Assembly: GCA_043824255.1 (NCBI GenBank)
Contig: JBDRTG010000005.1
Location: 24,650 to 88,649, forward strand
DNA from: a bacterium
GTDB taxonomy: Bacteria > JAHJDO01
Length of the DNA: 64,000 nt
Direction: 5' to 3'
In this document: piece after piece, positions 8,367 to 16,748 of the stretch
How positions within the stretch are numbered: position 1 is the stretch's first letter
Layout of the letters: every line of letters starts with the position of its first letter
Notes under the pieces: generated by a model
The model's input: the letters and a program-made list of their open reading frames with translations, nothing else
Database searches by the model: none
What the model was told of the DNA's origin: nothing
Position numbers and translations under genes: made by a program

Positions 8367-9230
8367 TTATTCTCCCTCCCACATGTGATGAAAAAGCAAC
8401 CATTGTTCAGGATAAAGACCTATGTATTTTTCAATAACCCCTGTAATTTGTAAAGCTGTTTTTCTTATGCTTTCATCTCTATTATATGCATTCTGGGCAA
8501 AAAACGGCTTCTCAAAAATTAGTTTATATGTCTCATCCGATTGTCTGATAGCAAAAACTGGCAGTATAGCCGCTCCTGTCTCAACAGCCATCATTGCCGG
8601 TCCTTTTGGAACAATTGCCTCTTTACCGAATAAATCTACCTTTATCCCTTTTTTAAATATATCTCTATCTCCCAAAACAGCTATAGACTCTCCTTTTCTT
8701 AATACACGAAGCGCCTTCCTAAACGCAGACCCTACAGGGATTATACTCATGTTTTTTCGTTCTCTCTGCCTAATAAAAAATTGGTTAACTTTCAGATTAT
8801 CATGACTTAACACAATTGCATTTATAGGGTAACCTTTTAAAGAAAGCGCTATCCCTCCTATTTCCCAGTTGCCAAGATGTGCACTCAGTGCTATTACTCC
8901 TCGCTTATAGCTAAAAGCTTCATCTATGTAATGTCTGTTTTCCATTTTTACAATTTTATCAATGTTATTTGCATCTATTTTAGGGAAAAATAAAAAATCC
9001 GCTAGATATTTGCCAAAGTTCAAATAGGTCAGCCATATTAACCTGCAAAATTCTTCCTTGGTCAACTTCCCTTTCATAACATGAGAAAGGTTGTCTCTAA
9101 CAGCTCTCCTGCTCTGCCATGAAAAGTAGTAATACAATCTGCTGACTATCCTTGCCACACAATAGGCCCATCTCTTGGAAAGATAAATGGCAAGAAACTG
9201 AGCAACAAGATAACATAAATAACGAATCAT
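8367..9230 (-). CDS. Lysophospholipid acyltransferase family (LpxL/HtrB- or PatA-like)
   Basis: SAHLGNWE, LGDRD, PKGPA, YPEQW. Confidence 0.9.
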   Translation of the reverse strand: MIRYLCYLVAQFLAIYLSKRWAYCVARIVSRLYYYFSWQSRRAVRDNLSHVMKGKLTKEEFCRLIWLTYLNFGKYLADFLFFPKIDANNIDKIVKMENRHYIDEAFSYKRGVIALSAHLGNWEIGGIALSLKGYPINAIVLSHDNLKVNQFFIRQRERKNMSIIPVGSAFRKALRVLRKGESIAVLGDRDIFKKGIKVDLFGKEAIVPKGPAMMAVETGAAILPVFAIRQSDETYKLIFEKPFFAQNAYNRDESIRKTALQITGVIEKYIGLYPEQWLLFHHMWEGE

Positions 9231-9289
9231 TTAATTCTACCAGTCCTTATTTCACATCTGGGTAATAATAGACCAATGAGGTGATAAAA

Positions 9290-10456
9290 TCAATCAGGAT
9301 CTATTCTCAGCTTAATCCATTTCTGTTTTGATTTACTGCTGGCAACAACGGTCTCAATAAACGCCATGCCAACCAAACCATCTTTTACAGTAGGAAAGTC
9401 GTAACTATCTTTTTTCTTTCCATCTATATGATCGTATATAGCACGAACAACCTCTCTATAAATATTGGCAAATGCTTCAATAAAACCCTCAGGATGACCA
9501 GCAGGAATACGTGTAAAATTCTTGGCTTCTTTGCACAAGTAATCATTCCCTCTTCGATATATCTCTCTTGGCCCGGAAGGATTCTTAATAATCAATTCAT
9601 TAGGATCCTCCTGTCGCCATTCCAAGGAGAGTTTTTTGCCATATACACTTATCGCAAGTCCATTTTCTTCACCCGCAGAAACCTGGGAAGCGTACAGAAT
9701 CCCTTTTGCACCACCCTTGTATCGGATAAGAACACTGCCGTCATCATCCAGTTTTCTTCCTTTAACAAATGTTGTAATATCTGCACATACCTGATCAATT
9801 TCAAGACAGGTGATATAGCGTGCCAGATTCTCGGCATGTGTCCCGATATCTCCCATACAGCATGAGATCCCTGTCTGTGCAGGATCTGTTCTCCAAAGAG
9901 CCTGCTTTTGCCCATGCCTTTCAATTGGCCTAAGCAGCCAGCCCTGAGAATATTCTACCACTACCTTTAATATTAAACCCAATTTTCCTGTCTGCACAAG
10001 ATGACGTGCCTGTTTTACCATAGGATAACCTGTATAATTATGAGTTAAGGCAAATACATTGCCTGTTTTTTTAACAATGGAGCTTAGTTTTTTTGCCTCA
10101 TTCAGGTTTGTGGTCATGGGCTTGTCACATACTACATGGAATCCTGCCTCAAGAAATGTCTTTGCTATTTCATAATGTGTATTATTAGGTGTAACAATAG
10201 TAACAAAGTCTATTCTCTTTTTTTCTGGCAGTTTTTTCTCTTTTTTGACCATCTCTTTATAGTTTACATAAACTCTGTCAGGATCTAAATAGAGGTCTTT
10301 TCCTGATAGTCTCGATTTTTGTGGGTCTCTTGAAAAAGCTCCTGCTACAAGCTCTGCCTCGCCGTCAATTGTAGCAGCCATTCGATGCACAGTTCCAATA
10401 AAGGCATCTCTGCCCCCTCCTACCATGCCCATTCTCAGTTTTCTGTTGATACCCAT
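9290..10456 (-). CDS. Gfo/Idh/MocA family oxidoreductase
   Basis: GMVGGG.DAFIG.VH, VTPN..H, CDKP, DIGTH, GHPEGF. Confidence 0.93.
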   Translation of the reverse strand: MGINRKLRMGMVGGGRDAFIGTVHRMAATIDGEAELVAGAFSRDPQKSRLSGKDLYLDPDRVYVNYKEMVKKEKKLPEKKRIDFVTIVTPNNTHYEIAKTFLEAGFHVVCDKPMTTNLNEAKKLSSIVKKTGNVFALTHNYTGYPMVKQARHLVQTGKLGLILKVVVEYSQGWLLRPIERHGQKQALWRTDPAQTGISCCMGDIGTHAENLARYITCLEIDQVCADITTFVKGRKLDDDGSVLIRYKGGAKGILYASQVSAGEENGLAISVYGKKLSLEWRQEDPNELIIKNPSGPREIYRRGNDYLCKEAKNFTRIPAGHPEGFIEAFANIYREVVRAIYDHIDGKKKDSYDFPTVKDGLVGMAFIETVVASSKSKQKWIKLRIDPD

Positions 10457-10470
10457 TATTCTCTCCTGAT

Positions 10471-11382
10471 TCAGCTCTGCAATATAAATTGTCTCAAATA
10501 TTTAAGTCCGAGTTTCAATCCATGTTTAATTTTTTCTTCGCTTCCTGACCAGACAGGATCCTCATGCTCTATACTTAGAACATGATCATAGCTATATTCC
10601 TGTAATGTTGAAATAAAACAACTCCAGTCTATCTCCCCCAATCCTGGCATTCTGTAACGCCACCAACCGCTATGAGGCATAATAATGCCCGTTTTCTGAA
10701 TATTTTCCGAAATAATTTCCGTATCTTTTGCATGAACATGAAAAATTTTATCCTTATAATCCTTAGCAGCCTTTATATAGTCTATCCCCAACCAATGAAG
10801 ATGTGACGGATCAAAATTTAAACCAAAATTAGCATCAGGAACTCGATTAAATATCTCGTCCCACATAAAAGGAGCAAACCCGATCTGTCCAATAAGTCCT
10901 TCGAATTGCCAACCTGGCATAGGGCAATTCTCTACAGCAATTTTAACTCTTTTTTTGTCAGCAAATTTAACAATTGGCTTAAAGATATCTTCAAATACAG
11001 GAAGATTTTCCTTCAACTTTCTATTTTTGTCTCTGCCTATAAAACAGCTAACAATTTCTACATTTAATAGACTTGCTGCTTCTATTACTTTATATAGATG
11101 TTTAATCTTTTCGTCTCTTAAATTTTTATCAGAATCCAGCATATTCGCACAATAAGTCAGGCAACTAATTTCTACATTTCTCTCATTACATAGATTCTTA
11201 ATTCTACCAGCTTCAGCCTTATCTAGTTTCACAACATCAATAGTACTGCTAGCAAAATCTTTCTCGTTCTTTCTTGGCCAACACGCAACCTCTAAAGCCT
11301 CGAATCCTGCCTCTTGAGCAAACTCAATAACTTTATCAAACGAATACTTAGGCAAACACGCTGTTAAAAATCCTATATCCAT
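10471..11382 (-). CDS. Sugar phosphate isomerase/epimerase (xylose isomerase-like TIM barrel)
   Basis: AVENCPM, NFDPSH, HVHAKD, PGLGEIDW, SIEHED. Confidence 0.9.
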   Translation of the reverse strand: MDIGFLTACLPKYSFDKVIEFAQEAGFEALEVACWPRKNEKDFASSTIDVVKLDKAEAGRIKNLCNERNVEISCLTYCANMLDSDKNLRDEKIKHLYKVIEAASLLNVEIVSCFIGRDKNRKLKENLPVFEDIFKPIVKFADKKRVKIAVENCPMPGWQFEGLIGQIGFAPFMWDEIFNRVPDANFGLNFDPSHLHWLGIDYIKAAKDYKDKIFHVHAKDTEIISENIQKTGIIMPHSGWWRYRMPGLGEIDWSCFISTLQEYSYDHVLSIEHEDPVWSGSEEKIKHGLKLGLKYLRQFILQS

Positions 11383-11395
11383 GAATAGACTCCTT

Positions 11396-12448
11396 TTATT
11401 TTTTATTTATTATTACTTCTTTTTTTATCATGGAAGACTCATAGATTGCGTCAAGTATTTTCATTATATCCAGTCCTTGCTCTCCTGTTGCCATAGGTTC
11501 TTTGCCATCAATCAGACATTTCACAAAATGTCCCTGCGCATTGCCCCATGGCAGGCTATAGCTCTTAGGTATGATTTCAACACATTCTCCTGCCTCTTCT
11601 TTAAAAATCTTAGCTTCAAATTTATATGTATCTCCAATATTCTTTTGCACAGCTCCACCCTTATCTCCATAAACTTGAGTAAATCCATCTTCCTGTTTTT
11701 CGCTATTTGATGCCCAGCTTGTTTCTACAGCCATTGTAGCGTCATTCTCAAATCTGATATAAGCCGACGCTAAATCTTCAACATCATATTTTTTGCCAAT
11801 TTTCTTAGCAATTTTATGTGCAATTTTCGTATATGTGGCTCCGCAAACTGAAACAGGTTTCGGATTACCCATAAACCACATTGCCAAATCAATTCTATGC
11901 ACTCCCAAATCTATCAGAGGTCCGCCTCCTGCCATTTTCTTATCAGTAAACCATCCAGCAGTTCTCCATGGAACGCCTCTCCTTCTATGCCAGCCTGTCC
12001 TGGCAAAATATATTTCTCCAAGATTCCCTGTGTCAATAAACTTTTTAATATACTGGGACGTTGGGAAAAACCTGGAATTAAAATGCGTCATAAGTGTCAA
12101 ACCTTCTGATCTTGCGACATCAACCATTTCCTGCGCTTCCTTTGCATTCATTGCAAGCGGCTTTTCACACATAACATGTTTACCAGCTCTAAGCGCAGCT
12201 ATGGAAACCGGCGCATGAAGAAAATTGGGTATTGCTATGCTTACAGCGTCCAATTCTTTCAGCTTGAACATCTTATTGCAATCTTTAAACGCATAAGGAA
12301 TATTTAGCTCATTCTTACAGCTTTGCAGCTTTTCATCATTAATATCGCAAATTGCTATCAAACTCGCATCTTTGCATTTCAGATAATTATTAACATGTCC
12401 TCTCCCCATTCCTAAACCTACAACACCCACATTTATCCTTTTGCTCAT
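11396..12448 (-). CDS. Gfo/Idh/MocA family oxidoreductase
   Basis: VGLGMG, PNFLH, CEKP, GGGPLIDLGVH, VED. Confidence 0.93.
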   Translation of the reverse strand: MSKRINVGVVGLGMGRGHVNNYLKCKDASLIAICDINDEKLQSCKNELNIPYAFKDCNKMFKLKELDAVSIAIPNFLHAPVSIAALRAGKHVMCEKPLAMNAKEAQEMVDVARSEGLTLMTHFNSRFFPTSQYIKKFIDTGNLGEIYFARTGWHRRRGVPWRTAGWFTDKKMAGGGPLIDLGVHRIDLAMWFMGNPKPVSVCGATYTKIAHKIAKKIGKKYDVEDLASAYIRFENDATMAVETSWASNSEKQEDGFTQVYGDKGGAVQKNIGDTYKFEAKIFKEEAGECVEIIPKSYSLPWGNAQGHFVKCLIDGKEPMATGEQGLDIMKILDAIYESSMIKKEVIINKK

Positions 12449-12474
12449 TTAAAAAATTCCTTTCGTATTTTTAA

Positions 12475-13245
12475 TCAGTTCAACCCCATATCTACTAGAT
12501 TGCGATAACTGATAGCAAGTGATTCAAAAGGGTTGCGATCATAACATGTATCCTGCTCAACAAGATACCATTCCACACCACTTTCTGAGGCAGCCTGCAA
12601 TATGCTGGGCCAATTAAGATTGCCTTCTCCTATTTCTGCAAAACGCTGCTCTCTATTTTGTGTAATCGCCATATCTTTAAGATGAATCAAAGGCTGACGA
12701 GCCCTGCATTTTTTTATCCATTCTACAGGATCCCCGCCACCAGCCTGAATCCAGTAAACATCAATCTCTGCTTTGAGCTGTTCTGGAGAAGCCTGTTCGT
12801 ACAGCATCTCTAACCATGTTTTGTTGCCGTATCGAACCAGTTCATGATTATGATTATGGTAGGAAAAGTCTATTCCTTCTTGTAAAAGTTTTTCAGAAAC
12901 AGGCCCAAGTTCTTCAATAAATCTTTTTAAGCCATCAAGATTTTTATATTCTTGAGTCAAGCCACCTATCGCTGCATGTTTGCACTTCCACATTTTATGC
13001 TCTGCGATAACTTCGTCCAATTCATTAAGAAAACGTCCCCATCCAACATGTGTTGCTGCAACCATAAGACCACTGTCATCGCAAATTTTAGCCACTTCTT
13101 TTGGACTTACAGGACCAAACCCGGATATTTGAACACTTGTATAGCCTATTTCAGCGATCTTTTTTAATGTTTTGGCTATATCAGAAATTGTCTTTGTGAA
13201 ATCTCTTACTGTGTACAATTGTGCTCCTAAAACACGTTTTGGCAT
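12475..13245 (-). CDS. Sugar phosphate isomerase/epimerase (TIM barrel)
   Basis: QLYTVR, YHNHNHE, EIDVYW, HLKD, EIGEGNLNW, VEQD. Confidence 0.9.
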   Translation of the reverse strand: MPKRVLGAQLYTVRDFTKTISDIAKTLKKIAEIGYTSVQISGFGPVSPKEVAKICDDSGLMVAATHVGWGRFLNELDEVIAEHKMWKCKHAAIGGLTQEYKNLDGLKRFIEELGPVSEKLLQEGIDFSYHNHNHELVRYGNKTWLEMLYEQASPEQLKAEIDVYWIQAGGGDPVEWIKKCRARQPLIHLKDMAITQNREQRFAEIGEGNLNWPSILQAASESGVEWYLVEQDTCYDRNPFESLAISYRNLVDMGLN

Positions 13246-13342
13246 TTTATCCTCCGTTTGTCATTTAATCTTAACACTTGTGTTTTTTTATCACATTACA
13301 CATTCGCATACAAGTTTAAATATATGCCGGGTAGTTTTGTAA

Positions 13343-14185
13343 TTAGATTATAAGAAGCATTTCACGTAATAGTTTTGCAGCAAGAAAAGAAGATATATTT
13401 GATGGGTCACAATGTGGGGAAAGTTCAACCAAATCAAGCCCAACTATATGCAGCTTTTTTGCGTATTCCAAGAATGTCATAACAGTGTTAAAACAAATAC
13501 CTCCGGCTTCTGGATTGCCTGTTCCGGGAACGAAGGACGGGTCAAAAACATCTATGTCTAACGTTATATAAACTGGCTTCTTTGCAGCCACCTTTATGAG
13601 CCTTTCAAAATCCTTTTTATTAAATTGATAGATAGTATTATGTTTTTTACAAAGAGATAACTCCTCTTTCAATCCTGACCTGATTCCAAATTGACATATA
13701 TTTTGGAAACCAATAAGCTCAGATATTCTTCTCATGACTGTAGCATGAGATAACCTTTCCCCCATATATTGATCTCTCAAATCGGTATGCGCATCAAGCT
13801 GTATTACATTCAGGTTTTTGTATTTTTTATAACATTCTTTTATTACCGCTAGAGAAATTAAATGTTCCCCGCCAATTGTTACAGGAACTTTCCCGTCTCG
13901 CAAAATATCTTTAACTAGTTTTTTTACCTGATTAAGAGCACGTATTTTCTCGCCAAATGGAAGTTCCAGATCCCCAATATCAGCAATTCTTAAATCTTCC
14001 GTATCCTTAAACTGTAAAGGGCTATAAGTTTCTATGCTTCTGGATGCTTCCCTTATAGCGTCTGGAGCAAATCTCGAACCGCTGCGATATGAGGATGTTC
14101 CGTCGAAAGGAGCGCCAAAAATTACTATATCTGCGTCTTCATATTTTTTATTAGCGCATATGTATTGGTTAGTGCTTAACTGCAT
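13343..14185 (-). CDS. speB: Agmatinase (ureohydrolase)
   Basis: GGEH, DAHTD, SHATVM, DIDVFDP, PGTG, VELSP. Confidence 0.93.
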   Translation of the reverse strand: MQLSTNQYICANKKYEDADIVIFGAPFDGTSSYRSGSRFAPDAIREASRSIETYSPLQFKDTEDLRIADIGDLELPFGEKIRALNQVKKLVKDILRDGKVPVTIGGEHLISLAVIKECYKKYKNLNVIQLDAHTDLRDQYMGERLSHATVMRRISELIGFQNICQFGIRSGLKEELSLCKKHNTIYQFNKKDFERLIKVAAKKPVYITLDIDVFDPSFVPGTGNPEAGGICFNTVMTFLEYAKKLHIVGLDLVELSPHCDPSNISSFLAAKLLREMLLII

Positions 14186-15012
14186 AATTTTTGCGCAAAG
14201 TTTGGCAGGGCAAAACTGGCTTTGTGAATTTCAGAGTTGTAATACTTTAGCTGAGCCTGAATATCTGCTGCCCTTTTCTGATTAAAATCCTCTATTGGAT
14301 CATACTTCTTGGAACCAAAAGAAAAACTCCAGTATCCACTCGGATAGGTAGGAATGGAAGCCGTATACATCTTGACTATCGGGAAAACAGATTTAATGTT
14401 TTTAAATATATCCGCAACTAAATTGCCGTTAATAAATGGGGATTCAGTTTGAGCAACCATAATACCATCCTCTTTCAAACTATCAAAAACTGATCTATAA
14501 AACTCTCTTCTGAATAACCCTTCTCCTGGGCCAATGGGATCAGTAGAATCTATAATTACAATGTCATACTCATTTTTATGCTTCTTAATATACTCTATCC
14601 CATCTTTAACAATAATATTAACCTTTGGATCTTTAAGCTTGCTAGTGACATTTGGAAAAAACTCCATGCTTTTTTCTATTACCATCTTATCTATTTCAAC
14701 CAAATCTGCTTTTTTAACTTCAGAGTGCCTCAGAATTTCTCTGATAGTTCCACCATCTCCCCCTCCTATAACTAGAATATTTGACGGATTTGGGTGAACA
14801 CATATTGGAGTATGAGTAATCATTTCGTGATAAACAAATTCATCACGTTCAGTAATCATAACAAGCCCGTCCAAAAGAAGCATGCGACCAAATTCAAACG
14901 TATCCAGAACATCAATTACTTGATATTCACTTTTGCCATGAAATAAAGCTGTTTTTATCTTTAGCGTAATTCCTAAATTTTTTGTGTGTTTTTCAGTAAA
15001 CCATAGTTCCAT
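14176..15012 (-). CDS. speE: Polyamine aminopropyltransferase (spermidine synthase)
   Basis: DEFVYHEM, LVIGGGDGG, VEID, IIDSTDP, PTYPSG. Confidence 0.96.
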   Translation of the reverse strand: MELWFTEKHTKNLGITLKIKTALFHGKSEYQVIDVLDTFEFGRMLLLDGLVMITERDEFVYHEMITHTPICVHPNPSNILVIGGGDGGTIREILRHSEVKKADLVEIDKMVIEKSMEFFPNVTSKLKDPKVNIIVKDGIEYIKKHKNEYDIVIIDSTDPIGPGEGLFRREFYRSVFDSLKEDGIMVAQTESPFINGNLVADIFKNIKSVFPIVKMYTASIPTYPSGYWSFSFGSKKYDPIEDFNQKRAADIQAQLKYYNSEIHKASFALPNFAQKLCS

Positions 15013-15492
15013 TTATATCTCCCCAGCATCCCATAAGACAACTGCAGCAAACGCATTACCTATCTTCTTTACTTTATGCTCCATGCTTTTAGAAGTAAGC
15101 TTCCTTATTTTTTCTCCTCTGGAAGACATCCCGTCTTCCGACATTCTTCTTGCAATTTTCTCAACATCTTCCTTATGGCCTCTGGCTGAATATTCCATTA
15201 TTAGACCAGATTTAGAATCATCCTCAGGTATTGCCACGGCAACTGCTGCAGAAATAATCTCCCCTGGAATATCAGAACTAATAGATGCATACGCTACCGG
15301 CACTAATGCCCCAAAAGGAAGACTAACAGGTTTTATTTTTTTACAAGCAGGAGGAACTATGCTACTCATTCTAACAAGATTTGTATTTCCTATTCCGGAA
15401 TTAAGCAATGCCATATCAAAAGCATTTAAAGGAGTGTTCCCCTCTCCTTCTCCTGAAACAAGAAAAAAACAGGTTGGAGTTTTTATAATCAT
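15013..15492 (-). CDS. pdaD: Pyruvoyl-dependent arginine decarboxylase
   Basis: [24 protein letters not shown] containing the Ser-Ser autocleavage site. Confidence 0.9.
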   Translation of the reverse strand: MIIKTPTCFFLVSGEGEGNTPLNAFDMALLNSGIGNTNLVRMSSIVPPACKKIKPVSLPFGALVPVAYASISSDIPGEIISAAVAVAIPEDDSKSGLIMEYSARGHKEDVEKIARRMSEDGMSSRGEKIRKLTSKSMEHKVKKIGNAFAAVVLWDAGEI

Positions 15493-15857
15493 TTATTCTG
15501 CCCCTCTTTTACTCCCTGCCCTCTTCTCATCTCAAATACTGTAGAACGCTTAGCTTTTAGCTTCTCCTTCAAGAATTCATATGCTTTCCACGGAACTACT
15601 GTGTTGCCGCATGTAAAAACATCCACTGATGCAAAACAATGTTCAGGCCATGTATGAATTGCAAGATGAGACTCTGCTATCACTACTACGCCGCTCACGC
15701 CGTGAGGATTAAAAAGATGAAATACGCTTTTAATTACTGTCGCGCCACAAACATTAGCCGCTTCATTCATGATTTTCTCTATCATATCAGCATCGTTTAA
15801 AAAAGTCTTATCACAATCATAAAGTTCCCCTAAAATATGTTTACTTAAAGCATCCAT
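15489..15857 (-). CDS. speD: S-adenosylmethionine decarboxylase proenzyme (short class); start reassigned to ATG 15857
   Basis: [38 protein letters not shown] upstream of ATG 15857. Confidence 0.95.
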   Translation of the reverse strand: MDALSKHILGELYDCDKTFLNDADMIEKIMNEAANVCGATVIKSVFHLFNPHGVSGVVVIAESHLAIHTWPEHCFASVDVFTCGNTVVPWKAYEFLKEKLKAKRSTVFEMRRGQGVKEGQNK

Positions 15858-15871
15858 TTCATATCTCCTTT

Positions 15872-16417
15872 CTAAAAAGTTGGCGGGGATGAAACCCAGA
15901 GAAGCTTTGCTCTCTTTTTCCCAACATTTTCTATATAATGACTTGCCTCTGACTGGAAATAAAAACACTGCCCGCTAAATATTTTCATAACTCTTTTATC
16001 CAGATGAAGAGCAATTTTACCTGCCATAACAAAGCCAAACTCCTCACCTTCATGAATTTTATCTTCTGAGGTTGCTTGCCCGACATCCAAATCCACTAAC
16101 ACAACATCCATATTTCTGTTTTGAGCCCCTGGAACCAAGACTTCAACTTTCGGAACCCCTTCCCCTTCTGAGATGGCAATTCTATCACGCTTACTGTATA
16201 TGATTTTATTTCTTTCTACCTTACTGAAAAAAGAGGATAAATCTTCATCTAACACCTCTAATATTTGAGTTAAGGTTGCAATGCTTGGAGATGTTAAATC
16301 TCTTTCTAGTTGTGAAAGAAATCCTTTTGTAAGATTTGACCTGGAAGCAAGTTCCTGCAAAGTCAGTCTGCTTTCTACGCGTAATCTTTTTATTTTTTGG
16401 CCAATCTTTATATCCAT
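15872..16417 (-). CDS. XRE-HTH + cupin transcriptional regulator (PuuR-like)
   Basis: LTLQELA...[23 protein letters not shown] cupin; first gene of the polyamine operon. Confidence 0.9.
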   Translation of the reverse strand: MDIKIGQKIKRLRVESRLTLQELASRSNLTKGFLSQLERDLTSPSIATLTQILEVLDEDLSSFFSKVERNKIIYSKRDRIAISEGEGVPKVEVLVPGAQNRNMDVVLVDLDVGQATSEDKIHEGEEFGFVMAGKIALHLDKRVMKIFSGQCFYFQSEASHYIENVGKKRAKLLWVSSPPTF

Positions 16418-16418
16418 A

Positions 16419-16476
16419 AAAGTTTCCTAATTTAAACTTTCTATGGAAGTATATAAAACACTAAAAAAACTGTCAA
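16419..16476 (-). promoter_or_regulatory. Promoter of the polyamine operon with a candidate palindromic operator
   Basis: TTGACA (16476-71), 17 nt, TATACT (16453-48); AAAGTTT-N8-AAACTTT at 16419-16440. Confidence 0.6.
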
Positions 16477-16501
16477 TAAAAAAATTCCTTATATTTTCTT
16501 T

Positions 16502-16707
16502 TTAATGAATCTGTTCCTTTTTCCTTTCATCTATCTGGATGTTCAATCGTTGTTCTCCTGCTTTTAAAATAGCCTTCAGCATTTCTGAATAAGACATACC
16601 TGCTATACTTGCCATCTTCGCAAGATGCCCATCCCAGCACCAGCCCGGATTGGGATTCACCTCAAGAAGCTTAGGATTGCCTTCCGAGTCAAGTCTCCAA
16701 TCAAAAC
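16502..16707 (-). pseudogene. Orphan 3' fragment duplicating the C-terminus of the methyltransferase/ATP-grasp gene
   Basis: 16541-16707 matches 22132-22298 at 152/167 nt; encodes FDWRLDSEGNPKLLEVNPNPGWCWDGHL... Confidence 0.85.
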
Positions 16708-16748
16708 AGCTTGAATTTACGTAGTTTTTTAAGATTTTTAGTCTCATT

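Noticed and set aside
8367..8369. Selenocysteine or pyrrolysine recoding at the acyltransferase/GT2 junction
   Set aside because: The stop is TAA, not TGA or TAG, and the downstream sequence is AT-rich with no SECIS-like hairpin
4612..15492. Archaeal origin of the contig, or an archaeal island (MC1, PdaD, DUF296)
   Set aside because: The genes are scattered among clearly bacterial genes with uniform composition and bacterial promoters; PdaD and DUF296 also occur in bacteria
16502..16747. 81-aa ORF as a functional gene
   Set aside because: It is a C-terminal fragment of the ATP-grasp domain behind an unrelated short leader; treated as a remnant
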